A stretch of 64,000 nt of DNA from the NCBI GenBank assembly GCA_020184695.1, contig JAANOX010000091.1, positions 53,181 through 117,180 on the forward strand, written 5' to 3'. Positions 44,909 to 56,297 of this stretch are shown piece after piece. The first letter of the stretch is position 1; each line of letters starts with the position of its first letter. A model generated the notes under the pieces. The model was given only the letters and a program-made list of their open reading frames with translations, was not told the DNA's origin and did not search any database. The stretch is from Histomonas meleagridis 2922-C6/04-290x. Taxonomy: Eukaryota; Protista; Parabasalia. The translations under genes and the position numbers were made by a program.

Positions 44909-45541
44909 ATGGAATCAGATGAAATGGAATTTATTGGAACAGAAGATTATAACAAAGATATTCCTGTTGACCCGGCACCAAAAGTCAATGTCCCTCAGTC
45001 TGGAAAAGTTTTCTCTCTTTTCGTTGGATTTAAAGTTGTTCCATTTTTCATTTATTTATTTGGCTGGATTTTCTGCCCATGGACAATATTCCAGTGGGTA
45101 CTGACAATAGTTTCTGCAGCTGCTGACTTTTGGTTTACAAAAAATGTTGCTGGCCGATTAATTTTAGGAATGAGATGGTCAAACTCAGTAAATGAAGATG
45201 GAGAAAGTAAGTGGCTATTTGAATATGCTAATGTTGAAATTTCTGACAAAAATGGTCAAAGAAAAACATTTTGGATTTTATTATACTCGGCTACATTAAT
45301 TTGGGCTATTTTTGGTTTCTTCTCTCTTATCAAATTTAATTTTGGGTGGTTCTTTGTTGTTGTTATTACGTTTTCTTTGTCACTATCGAATGCATGGGGA
45401 TTTATGAAATGTGACAGATCAATCAAAGGAGATATAGAAAAAGGTGCAGCTAACTTCTTCAGAGATCAATTTTTGCCGTACTTAGCAGGAAAAGCTCAAA
45501 CTTCATTTTCCCAAAATAATGAAAATGAAAATATTGTTTAG
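44909..45541 (+). CDS. TVP23: Golgi membrane protein TVP23/FAM18
   Basis: Signature DFWFTKNVAGRLILGMRW..EDGESKWLFE. Confidence 0.9.
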   Translation: MESDEMEFIGTEDYNKDIPVDPAPKVNVPQSGKVFSLFVGFKVVPFFIYLFGWIFCPWTIFQWVLTIVSAAADFWFTKNVAGRLILGMRWSNSVNEDGESKWLFEYANVEISDKNGQRKTFWILLYSATLIWAIFGFFSLIKFNFGWFFVVVITFSLSLSNAWGFMKCDRSIKGDIEKGAANFFRDQFLPYLAGKAQTSFSQNNENENIV

Positions 45542-45776
45542 AAGAATTTTACAATGTTTTTAAGATTCTCTTTTGTTTTTTGTCTTTGTAATTCAATATG
45601 ATTAAAAATTAAAGCTATCTTAATTTTATTAATAAATTCAAAATTAAATTTCTTTTTTTTTATAAACATAAAGTTAACAGTAACCCAAACTTGCATAGTC
45701 CCCTAAAATCATAGAAAATAGTTTGTGATAATATATATTAAAAGATTTAAAAAAATGGAATTAATTTTAGGTACGT

Positions 45777-46109
45777 TTAATATTTAAGACCCCAAACTGT
45801 GGTGATGCACTGCATGGTGTCATTGACCCATTGGTTTGTAACACTTCCATCATTTTGTGGATCCCAAAGTGACATTGTAACTGTATGAACGCCATTGCTT
45901 CTCTTTGATAAAACCAAGCAGTTGGCCAAATATTTGAAAGGTTGGAATTTCTTATCGCTGAGTTTTTTCAAGATATCACGAATAATTTCTTCGCACCAAC
46001 CTTTAACATTTTCAGCTTTATATATCTTATCCTCAAGATGACTTTTAACAGTTTCGTTGATGATTTCTTGAATCTGATCTTTCAAGTCCCCAAAACTGGT
46101 TTCGGCCAT
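45777..46109 (-). CDS. Dynein light chain Tctex-1 family
   Basis: FKYLANCLV, WDPQNDGS and QCITTVWG. The ATG at 46109 is preferred over the TTG at 46151, with M3-like AACGGTTT upstream. Confidence 0.9.
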   Translation of the reverse strand: MAETSFGDLKDQIQEIINETVKSHLEDKIYKAENVKGWCEEIIRDILKKLSDKKFQPFKYLANCLVLSKRSNGVHTVTMSLWDPQNDGSVTNQWVNDTMQCITTVWGLKY

Positions 46110-46424
46110 TCCGAAAAAATTGTCAAAACCGTTTATTTTTAAAATGATCACTTTTCTTCATTTTTAGCTCTCTGGGATAGACTGAAGCAACACTAATTTC
46201 ATTTTCTTGACCTAAACATTATTTAAATTCACTACATATCTAAATAGAAAGTATTTATTTAAAATTTGCAAATTTCAAATGTTTGCCATGAAATATTTTA
46301 AGCTTGTCCGAGCTATTTACAATTTAAAACTTTTTTAAATTTGATTTACATGGTTAGCGTGTGTTTATAAAAAACTTCACATTCAATTATGAAATTATCC
46401 AACCCGTTAGTTCATTTTGTTTAC

Positions 46425-47009
46425 TCAGCAGCATGGTTTCTTCTCAGTTGTTTCATTTTGTTCATCATTGACTTCGACAAACTCAGTTGTTTCGGGCTCA
46501 TAGCATAATCCTTCAAGCTCAACTACCTTTCTGAACATTTCAACAATGTTCTCACCTGTTTTTGCTGATGTTTCGATATAAAATCTTGCGCCTATTTTTT
46601 TGGCGAAATCATTAATTTCATCCATATCACATTGATATTCTTCTTCTGGAAGATCTTTCTTATTTCCTACAAGGATAAGGGCGATGTCCTCTGGTGCCTT
46701 TTGTTCGATCAATGAATAAAATTGTGATAAAGCGTCGAATGTTGATTTTCTTGTCAAATCAAAAACGAGAAAGGCAACTCCAGCACCGTTGAAATACATG
46801 GGTGCCAAACTCCTATATCTTTCTTGACCAGCTGTATCCCAAATGTTAAAAACGACTGCTTTTGATTCCGTTTCGATTTTAACAGATAAATTTGCGGCGC
46901 CAATTGTAGCAAAAGTGCTTTCATTAAATGTACCATGGACAATTCTCTGTGCAATGCATGTTTTTCCGACACTTGCATCGCCAACCAAAATTGCTTTCAG
47001 AGAAACCAT
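46425..47009 (-). CDS. Rab-family small GTPase
   Basis: GDASVGKT, WDTAGQERY, GNKKD, ETSAK and a C-terminal CC prenylation motif. Confidence 0.93.
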   Translation of the reverse strand: MVSLKAILVGDASVGKTCIAQRIVHGTFNESTFATIGAANLSVKIETESKAVVFNIWDTAGQERYRSLAPMYFNGAGVAFLVFDLTRKSTFDALSQFYSLIEQKAPEDIALILVGNKKDLPEEEYQCDMDEINDFAKKIGARFYIETSAKTGENIVEMFRKVVELEGLCYEPETTEFVEVNDEQNETTEKKPCC

Positions 47010-47711
47010 TTGACAGCAGACGGTTCAAACCGTAAGTGGAACACCTTCCTGATCCTTTAGGTCTCAAAAAGTTGATACAACCGCCCATAAAAACGAGCTC
47101 TGAATTCTGCCGCTTTTTCGGATTTGAGAACAAAAACGTTGAAACGTTTCACTGAAATATTTTACAGACAAAATACTTTCGTTAAATAAAAAGTTGAAAT
47201 TACATATGTATGTCAAGTCGAATTTATATTAGATGAATTCGCCATAATCATGTGAACATGCAAAATCATAAAAGCTTTTTAGAAAATTTGAAACTCGATT
47301 TGTTCGATTTATTTTTTTCTTCATAATCATCTGATGATAATTTGTGTATTTGAAATTCCTTTAACAAAATATATCCAAGAAGTAAATGTGCACATCAAAA
47401 TGATATTAATACTGTGCTGGGTAAAAAAATAAAATGAAATTTGTAAAAAAATTTAAGGGATGAGAAATCTGTCATCAAAAAAAAAAAAATATCAAATTGA
47501 ATTCGTTCCAAAAAAATTTACTACAATCATCAATTCATGAACATTTCTATAGTTTACAAAAAAGTACGCATGGGGTGGGCCTAACAAGGTCGACATCAGT
47601 CATTGTTCCATTATATTTACACGTTTTTAGCTAAAAGTTAAGCGAATTGAATGTCTAAATAATACATCATACATTAACTTAGTATTGTATTTTACTGAAA
47701 AAAAGAAAAAA

Positions 47712-48815
47712 CTACTCGATTAAAATCGATTCATTATCGCTTTTCCGCGTCAAAGGAGGAAGAATTTCCTCCGATGTAATACTAGACAACGATCTCTTTC
47801 TGCATCTGAAACTTACCCATTGGAAGTTATTTGCCGAAAGAGTATTTTTATTATTTTGTCTTTGTTGAAATGTATTCATTGCGCTATTTAATTTAATGCC
47901 TGATCCAGTGGAATAGTTCTGTGTTATTTTTCCGTGTGTCAGTAGGTTTCGTTTGCGCGATACTAATGATGAATATTTCCCAATTGATGTATTCTTATAA
48001 ATTTGTGAACAAGAATGAACTGTATCTGTATTAAGCCATATGTGAGTAAGAATTTGATTGGCTGAGATTCGTTTGGATGGATCTACTTTAAGCATTAAAT
48101 GTACAAGATTAGCTGCAAGTGGTGGAAATGTGGGCGGAAACTGTATGCGTCCTGCTATGATTTGTTGTGTAGCAATTTGGATATTATGTGTGTTCCATGG
48201 AAGTTCGCCAGATAACATTGCATATAAAACAACTCCACAAGACCAAACATCGGCTTTGCTGCCAACATATGGTTGATGGAGAATGGTTTCTGGAGCAGTA
48301 TATTCAATGGAACCGCAATATGTGGTCAATAATGGAATTGGATTTAAAGAACAGATTCCAAAGTCTATAAGCTTGACTTGATAACTACTGTTGACGATAA
48401 TGTTTTCTGGTTTGATATCTCTATGTGTAATATTATGTTCATTCATATATACAAGAACATTTGCTAATTGCGTAATGATTTTCTTGGCATCAGGTTCGTG
48501 GATCCCATGATTGGTATTGATTAGTTTAAGCAAATCTTGGCCTTCGCAAAACTCCATGAAGATGTAAAAATTTTCATTGTCCTCAAAGAAATCTAAATAC
48601 TTAACAATGTTTGGGTGGGACATTTTAAGGAGACCTTTAAGCTTGACATCGTAATCAACAATTTGATTTTCTTCTAAATAAGATTTTGAGATAGATTTCA
48701 TGCAACATTTCAATCCATCATATATACGAGTGGCTAGGTGCACCCTTCCCATTGATCCCTCACCAATTTTTTGGTGAATTTTATAATCTTCCATGTGAGT
48801 TTTCCTTCTTTCCAT
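47712..48815 (-). CDS. CAMK/CAMKL-family Ser/Thr kinase
   Basis: GEGSMG, HRDIKPEN, DFG, YCGSIEYTAPE and DVWSCGVVLY. Confidence 0.92.
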   Translation of the reverse strand: MERRKTHMEDYKIHQKIGEGSMGRVHLATRIYDGLKCCMKSISKSYLEENQIVDYDVKLKGLLKMSHPNIVKYLDFFEDNENFYIFMEFCEGQDLLKLINTNHGIHEPDAKKIITQLANVLVYMNEHNITHRDIKPENIIVNSSYQVKLIDFGICSLNPIPLLTTYCGSIEYTAPETILHQPYVGSKADVWSCGVVLYAMLSGELPWNTHNIQIATQQIIAGRIQFPPTFPPLAANLVHLMLKVDPSKRISANQILTHIWLNTDTVHSCSQIYKNTSIGKYSSLVSRKRNLLTHGKITQNYSTGSGIKLNSAMNTFQQRQNNKNTLSANNFQWVSFRCRKRSLSSITSEEILPPLTRKSDNESILIE

Positions 48816-49319
48816 TTTGCTTCTGTTGTAATGGTTCTTTCAAAAGATCAGATTTCGGTTTTACTCAAATTTATATACTTTATAAATCTTTACTGAACTT
48901 CCCAATTAAATGGCATTTGCCACGACCGCGTGGTCCTGCACTGAATTAAAAAAATCAAGAATATAACTGTTTTTTAAAAAATGCAAGAAATTTTATCAAA
49001 AACGCACATTAGATATCATTAATTTAGAAAAAATAGTAAGTATATACGAAAAATATTAAAAATATGATCATGGAATCAGTAATTTTCATGATCAAAAATC
49101 AAAATAAACTAAAAATACAAAAATTACTTAATGTTTAAAATAAAAAGTCATGACCCAAATTATTTTTGTTTTCTTCCTTTTTTTAACCAAATTTTTTTCT
49201 TCTGCGATTTCTTGAAAAAGTTACGGACATTTATATTCTGGGTATTTTTTGAATGTTTTACACATATAACGATTTTATTCGATTTCGAGTAATTATTTGA
49301 CCAGAAATTAAAATCTGGA

Positions 49320-50357
49320 ATGCGAATTTTTTTTTATCTTTTATCTTTTTTAGTAGCATCAGATGAATCACAGGAAAATGCTGCAATTCAAAATCTCCAT
49401 TTTTATTCATTAGATGAATACAAACAAGAAATTGCAAATATTTCAAATAACCATCTTTTAGTTGTTTTACATACATCTGAAGAAGTAACAACAGAGTCAC
49501 ACAAAACAATATTCTTTGCTAATGCTACAGGAATACTTGCTAAAAATAATCCTGGCGTTTTTACATTCGGAATAGTAATAACTCCCAATACCAAAAATGA
49601 TTTTGTTTCATTACACTTGAAAGGGATTCCACAGGAGTATGAAGTAAATATCGATTATGATAAGCGACTTCATGAAACTACATATTCAATAATTAAAGGT
49701 TCGTTACACATTTTCAGATTATACCGACGGAAAATGAAAGAAAACAAAAATGCAGAAATTGCCTCATTAAAGAAACGTATGCGTTCACTTCGTAAACAGA
49801 TAATTGCGTTTGGCGTCGATAAACCAGAATCTGAACAATTCCGCAAAGAACTTCAAAAACTTGAAGAAGAATATCTTCTCACTGTTAAAGACTCCAAGAA
49901 GGAGATCAAGAAGCTTAAGCTTAGCTACAAAATGGACGGATTTCTTTCTAAAGTGCAAAAGCGAATGGACGTAAAGCGACTTGAAAAACAAATTAAAGAA
50001 AAACTTACTGAAGAAGAACTTGAAGCGATCAAAGAGAAGAAGAACCAAAAAGAAAGTAAAGAAGTAAAAAGAATCATTAAAAGGCTAAAAGCGAGTAAGA
50101 AAATTCTCGGCGTTGTGTCTAAGGCAGGTTCAATAGCAGGAGGACTTATGGATAAGTTCAAGGGCGGCATTGGAAAGTTAAAGAACTTTTTTGAAGATTT
50201 GAAAGAGGCAGCAAAAGAACAACAAAATACAGACAATGATGAAGAAGATGATTTTGAAGATGATGAAGAAGATTTCGAAGATGAAAATGAGGAAAATCAA
50301 GAAAACGATGAGAGTAATGTAAATGATAAGAAAGAAAAAGATGAAAACGAACTTTAA
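49320..50357 (+). CDS. Secretory-pathway protein with signal peptide, coiled coil, acidic tail and C-terminal ENEL
   Basis: N-terminus MRIFFYLLSFLVAS, a K/E-rich helical centre, a D/E-rich tail and the terminus KDENEL. Confidence 0.65.
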   Translation: MRIFFYLLSFLVASDESQENAAIQNLHFYSLDEYKQEIANISNNHLLVVLHTSEEVTTESHKTIFFANATGILAKNNPGVFTFGIVITPNTKNDFVSLHLKGIPQEYEVNIDYDKRLHETTYSIIKGSLHIFRLYRRKMKENKNAEIASLKKRMRSLRKQIIAFGVDKPESEQFRKELQKLEEEYLLTVKDSKKEIKKLKLSYKMDGFLSKVQKRMDVKRLEKQIKEKLTEEELEAIKEKKNQKESKEVKRIIKRLKASKKILGVVSKAGSIAGGLMDKFKGGIGKLKNFFEDLKEAAKEQQNTDNDEEDDFEDDEEDFEDENEENQENDESNVNDKKEKDENEL

Positions 50358-51222
50358 AAGAATACAAAAATATAGTAAAACCAAACAGTTAACTATTTAT
50401 TTAAAATGATATTATTGTTATTATGTAAAAGTAAAAACTCAAACAATTCCTTCATTTTACTCAAGTTAACCTTTTTATAAAACGTTTGCGCAAACGATAG
50501 ATAAATTATAAAACTCTATCGTAGTTTTGAAATTTCTGGCAACATTTTTTGGAACGTTTTTTTGTGGGCAAGTCGAACGGAGAGAATTCCCATCAAGGGT
50601 TTCTTTCATACAGTTGTGCATTTTATTAATGTGAAATTCAGTTAGCAACACATAATCTCCTTCAAAGAATTTGACTTGTACTACTATCTCTTGGAAAAAA
50701 TAATTTTTACTCTAAATGAAAATAACACTCTTAAATCTGTTGAAACAACTATAAGTTTGTCATGTGGCAATTTTGTAACTTATTAATATTTTAAATTTTG
50801 TTCATTGATTTATTCAGCATTTCATAAATGATTCTCACCTTTACTTTAGATTTTTTTAAGAGATTGAAATTAAAGAAAAGAAATAAATATTAGCAACAGT
50901 GGATGCATCAAAGAATTTGCACGCTTTATGCTTGGCTTAGAATCACAATTTCTAGAAAAGATTATTGAGATGGATGATTTAAAGACATCATCAATGTTTC
51001 ACCTCGAATGGTAAATACTTTTGATATTTTCAGAGTAAATATATATTTGAAAATCTTTATTATTTGCATGATTTATAAATAAAAATTCAAAATATTTATA
51101 TGGGTTGTACTGATGTTAGTTAGTCTTTTGCTCACGGTAAAATAAAGAAGTTGAGTAAATGAAAATTTGTTTTAATTACTTGAATTGACTAAGTTTGTTC
51201 AGTATAAGCTCAACAAAAAGTA

Positions 51223-51741
51223 ATGTCTTGGTATGATTACCCAAGGGAAAGGATTCCACGCTCATATTCGCCAAGAGGTTACCCAGACAGGGGAAATACA
51301 GGATATTTCCCAGAGAGAAGCGCATCAAAAAATCAATCTCAAATGAGAGAATATAATCCACCGCCGCCATCAAATAACAGTTCCAACCACAAATATCGTG
51401 ATATTCCTGATGTACCAGAATTTAATCGCGAAAAGCTGCAAGCACAAAAAGATGTTATCCTTCAATCAATTATTCCAATTGATGATTTCGAACAAAGTCA
51501 TCCTTTGAATGAAATTCTTCAGAAGAGTGTTGCTAACCAACAAAAAATTGTTGAAACCTTAAAAGAACTGACAACGATTCTTGGATCTGCAGATGGTTTT
51601 ATATCTAATTCACAAGAAATTGTGTCAGCAGAAATTCAAGCAGAAATAATTAGAAATAACTTAGATACAAATTACCAATTTGCTGAGGAATTAAGCGGAC
51701 AATTCGGAAGTTCTATTGATGACTTTTTCCCAAATGTGTAA
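51223..51741 (+). CDS. Hypothetical protein
   Basis: 172-aa ATG ORF with an R/P/Y-rich N-terminus and a helical C-terminus. Confidence 0.6.
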   Translation: MSWYDYPRERIPRSYSPRGYPDRGNTGYFPERSASKNQSQMREYNPPPPSNNSSNHKYRDIPDVPEFNREKLQAQKDVILQSIIPIDDFEQSHPLNEILQKSVANQQKIVETLKELTTILGSADGFISNSQEIVSAEIQAEIIRNNLDTNYQFAEELSGQFGSSIDDFFPNV

Positions 51742-52305
51742 AGATTAATATTCAATTTCATTTTTTTATATAGAGCTTTTAAACTAATTTGTGATGGAAA
51801 TGAATATGAGCCACCACCATAAAAACATATAATTATTAAATTAAATTAATAAAGAATTAAATAAAATCAATATTAATATTTCTCAAAAAAACTCTAAATT
51901 AGCTACTAGGCAATAAGGGCGCAAAACTGATTACGGTGTAGAGATATATTTTTAAAATTTATGAAAATATAATAATAATTTAGAGAGAATTTTCTACTAT
52001 TTTTAAAGCCTTGTTTTCTTTTGGAATAACGTGTTGAAATAATAATGATTCAGTTATGAATCAAATTCCAGAATTTAGTACCAATCATTATTTTTTTGGG
52101 AAGCCCATCTAAACCGAAAAATAATCGTTACAACGACATTGATCAAACTTTTTGTAATAAAACAGATTTATAAATTGCAGAAAAAGCCGTTAAGTTTTTC
52201 TTTGTTTGTCCCAGGACAACCTCCTCATGTCTAACTTTTTGAGAGGAAGTATCGGTCCACTCAAGCAAAATTTTGGATATCAAGTTGTTTTCTTCATCAA
52301 TTTAA

Positions 52306-54661
52306 ATGGAGTCCGCGATTATGGATAAGAAGCAAAAAACAAGCAATGCTGAAATTCTAAAGTCTCTTCATTGTATTATTTTTAATCTCAATAATGATGA
52401 AATCGAAGCTTCAGCACATGTTGCAATGAAAAAATTTAGTTTGAATTTTTCTTATTCTTTTAATCTTATTTTATGCAATTTAATTTATTCATCATTTGTT
52501 TCGCAAACAAATGATCCCAATGTTTATTTTCATTTCTTAAAATCAATTGATAAAAAAGAAAAAGAATTTGGAAATGTTAATCCAAACGTCATAGATCTTT
52601 TTACAAGAATTCTTTTAAATAAAAAAACGCAAGAAGCATTTTATTTACTTGAGGGAATGATTCAAAATAAATTAATAGATCCAAATATTGTAAAGGAAAG
52701 CAATCCGTTATATTTTGCACATTATCTTAATGAAGATGAAATCAAACAAATAGATTCTACTACACCTCTTGTCAAACAGTTCTTTTCAGACCTTGATAAG
52801 CTTAAAAATGATAATTGGAAATATCATAAGGAACTAATAAAACAAGGAATAAATCCCAAAGAAATTGCGCAAGTTATTAGAGATGATAATGATGAAAAAC
52901 TACAAATTTTAGCATCACAAAAACGTTTTGATTTTAATCAAAGAATTCAGCCATCTCTTTATGAGAAATGTACTTTTATTAACAACAATAATGTTTCACT
53001 TGTTGATTATGCTGCTTTTTATGGATCACTTAAATGTTTCAAATTTTTAATGTTAAATGGTTCACGTATAATGAACAGTGGCAAATATTCAGTTGTAGGA
53101 GGAAACCTTGAAATATTTCATATTTGTGAACAAAATCATTCACCTTTTGATGGGGCATATGAAGCAGCAATTGAGTTTCATCGTAATGATATCTTTAAAT
53201 ATATTTTTGAAAACAAAATTCAAAAAATAGAAAGTTTATCTAAGTTAGGAGAGAAATGTATAGCAATGGATAATTATGAGCTTTTATGGTTTTTAGAAGA
53301 AAATGGAATGAAAATTGATGATTTCATTATTAATGAATCAGCAAAAGTAGGAAATATACTTCTTGTTAAATATTTCATTGAAGGAAAACAAATTCCTGAA
53401 GATGTTTTGGTTTCTGCAACATTGTCTGAAAATGTCGAACTTACTAAATATCTTTTAGAAGAAGAAGGCGTTAACTCTAACTCGGGAAACATTTATTTGT
53501 TTAATTTAAAGTTTGTTTTATTTATTTAATGTCTCAAAATATTTTTTGGAATTTATTTAAATCATTTTTGACACCACTTATGTGTGCATCTCAAATTGGT
53601 AATACAGAAATTGTAAAATTACTTCTCGCTCAAAAAGACATCATTGTAAATATTGTAAATGTTTATTCGTTACATTTAATGTTCTTTTTAATTTTTTGAT
53701 GTTTAACAATAATATTCGGAATTTATTATTAATATTTTTGACTTCCCTTATGTTTGCTTGTAGATATGGTCATGTAGATATTGTTAAATTACTTCTTGAA
53801 CAAGAAGGTATTAATATTAATTTCCAAGATGTCTTTTTTCTTTATTCTATATAATATGTTTCAACAATTTTGGGTTTCAATAAAAAATTTGGCGTTTACA
53901 TATTTTATTTAAATCAGCACTTAATTATGCAACTGAATATAATTATATAGAAATAGTTAAATTACTTCTTTCACAAAATGACATTAATGTAAATGCAACT
54001 AATATTTCATTAAATAATTTATAATTTTATTCAATCGCTTGATGTTACTAAATTTGATTTAGAATTACTTTCAATTGCTTTGGACACCGCTTTTATATTC
54101 TTGTGAAAAAGGGTCAATTGAAATCGTGAAATTACTTCTTGAGCAAAAAGATATAGATGTTAATGCTAAAAATATTTATTTGTTTTATATAAAATCTATT
54201 TGAATGTTTTGGTGTTTTATTCTTGTATTTGGAATGACAGCACTTCATTTAGCTGCAAGAAATGGTCATGTTGAAATTGTTGAACTACTTCTTAAACATG
54301 AAGGAATTTCAATCAATGTTGTGAATATTTATTTTCTTTTTTATAATGTTTTTTTAAGTTTTTCTTTGTTTTATTTTTCTTTTTGGAATTTGTTCATATA
54401 AAATGAAACAGCACTTATGCTTGCTTCTCAAATCGGTCATATTGAAATAGTTAAATTACTCCTCAAACAAAAAGGAATTTATTTAAATGCTAGAAATGTT
54501 TACTTATAATGTTTATAATATATTTACTTGATTTAACGTTTTTTAATCATTTTCGGAATTAATTTAAATCAAATAAAACTGCAATAACAATCGCACAAGA
54601 AAAAGGAAAAACAGAAATTGCTCAATTGCTACTTGATTATGAAAAAGATTACGGACAATAA
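52306..54661 (+). CDS. DUF3447-ankyrin gene (locus D): N-terminal ORF plus seven ankyrin modules separated by non-canonical intervening sequences
   Basis: The ORF from 52306 is coding to 53490. Open modules follow at 53571-53660, 53741-53830, 53914-54003, 54084-54173, 54237-54326, 54408-54497 and 54578-54661 (ending TAA), each a 30-codon TPL/TAL...(D/N) ankyrin unit except the terminal one. Confidence 0.85.
53491..54577 (+). other. Seven intervening sequences: 53491-53570, 53661-53740, 53831-53913, 54004-54083, 54174-54236, 54327-54407, 54498-54577
   Basis: Lengths are 80, 80, 83, 80, 63, 81 and 80 nt. All are U-rich, contain a stop in the incoming frame, start with RTY-T and lack a 3' AG. 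A GGAAT-like motif lies exactly 23 nt before the next module in 6 of 7. Confidence 0.9.
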
Positions 54662-56297
54662 AATGCTTTAAACATAAATAAACAATTTAATTTAATAATT
54701 TTTTCAATTTAAATAACTCATCCAATAAAAGAGTTAATATTTGATAAAAACACGAATATTGTGTTTCTGAAATACAGGATTGGTATAAAAATGAAGTATA
54801 GGTTTTTCTGAAACATGTTTTCAAAGCTGCCATTATCGTTTCTATCAGCCGTTCATAAATGACAAACCTTTTTTTTAAGGTTTACATAAAATAACATCAC
54901 AAAAATTGATAGCATAAATTCGAACGATAGATTCAATTTTGTTAACCGTACAGACAAATTCTTCACTCGGAAATTTTCTTTTATTATTAATGACTCACAA
55001 CGAATTCTGGTAGAAAAAAACGTACAAAGATGTAATTTCCCAAAGAAATTGATAAATTTCAATATGTATTTACATAGAATTATTCCTCAAAACATTCAAA
55101 TGAAATTTCATTTTCATATTCAACAATGATACTAAAGTCAACAAAACAGTTGAATGACACATAAAAAATTTACAAATTATATTCCTTTACGGATCAAACA
55201 AAAAATTTAAATGTTAAAACAGTTTTCTTCAAACAAAGAGAAAAACTAAAACGTATGCACACGCAAGGAGCACTTCTATTGGTTCGAAATGGTGCAATAC
55301 TTTAAACGATGATATAACATTTGATACTTCTTATAACATAACTAAATGGTTTCCTAGTGCACTGTAATTAGTTACTATATTTAAACAAGTGGTTTCTGAT
55401 AAAGAAAATTATTACACATATCATGAATCAATGATATGTTCTAGACTTATAAGTTGCAGAATAACTTAACAAATAATGTTAAGAAAATTGTTTACTGTAT
55501 TTATAGCTATATGTGATGCAGTTCATAAAATAATTTACTTTTCTTCAATATTAATTATTGCTTGAAGCATTTGGAATATTCCAATTATTGATTAATCAAA
55601 AATTTACATAAAACAAAAAACTTAATAAACGAATAATAAGAAGCAATCAAACATAATGAGAATATAAAATAATAAAAGAAGAAGAGAAAATTTGTGCCAA
55701 TAATTTTATAAAACTAATGGAATAACTTTTAAACCAAAAAGGACACAAATCAAAGTGTTCAAGAAGGGCTTATAAGAAAATTCCATTGTAAAACCAATTT
55801 AATTTTTTGTTGCCTGATAAAAACTAATAAGAGCTGAATTTTCATGTAATACTTTATCTCCAAAAAATTAAGTTTCTTTGATATGCTTGAATGTATGGTT
55901 CAGAAGTGTATTTATTTTTTTCTTAATTTCACAAGAGTTACTGATATCAGCTAAGAATTTGCTTGTAAGTTTAAATTTTATTAGATAACATTTACAATTA
56001 AGAGTTAATATGAAACAATATATTTATGATAATATTATTAAAAGTTTTTTAACTACATGTTATTCGTGCCATTAGGAGCATCGCCAAATTTCTACTTCAT
56101 AAGTTTATTTGGGGAGTAAATTTCCTTCTAACAATGAAGGAGATATTTTTACGGCTTTTGGAGCGTGTAAAATCAACAAAAATTGGAAAATGACTCCTCA
56201 AATTGAATTTTTCAAAGGATTATATTCAACAGAAACTGATTTCTCTCTCATATATTCAATAGCCATCAGAATTTTCATAAGGCCCTAATGATGCAAA

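Noticed and set aside
51011-51033. 23-nt GTAAAT...TTTCAG resembling a short intron
   Set aside because: It has no branch motif, the upstream frame simply ends at the overlapping TAA, and no convincing downstream exon follows.
53491-54577. Spacers as canonical GT-AG or U12 AT-AC introns
   Set aside because: Only 3 of 7 start with GT, none has an AG at a frame-restoring 3' position, and there is no trichomonad ACTAAC branch motif. Using the AC of the Thr codon as an acceptor breaks the frame and fails at the TCA-starting module.
53491-54577. Alternative genetic code (stop-codon reassignment) explaining the interruptions
   Set aside because: Most spacer lengths are not multiples of 3, and conserved genes (RPS3A, GPI, MGL, VPS13) end at ordinary stops in the expected positions.
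54700-56290. Hydrophobic minus-strand reading fragments
   Set aside because: They contain many stops and no recognisable motif, so a feature cannot be supported.
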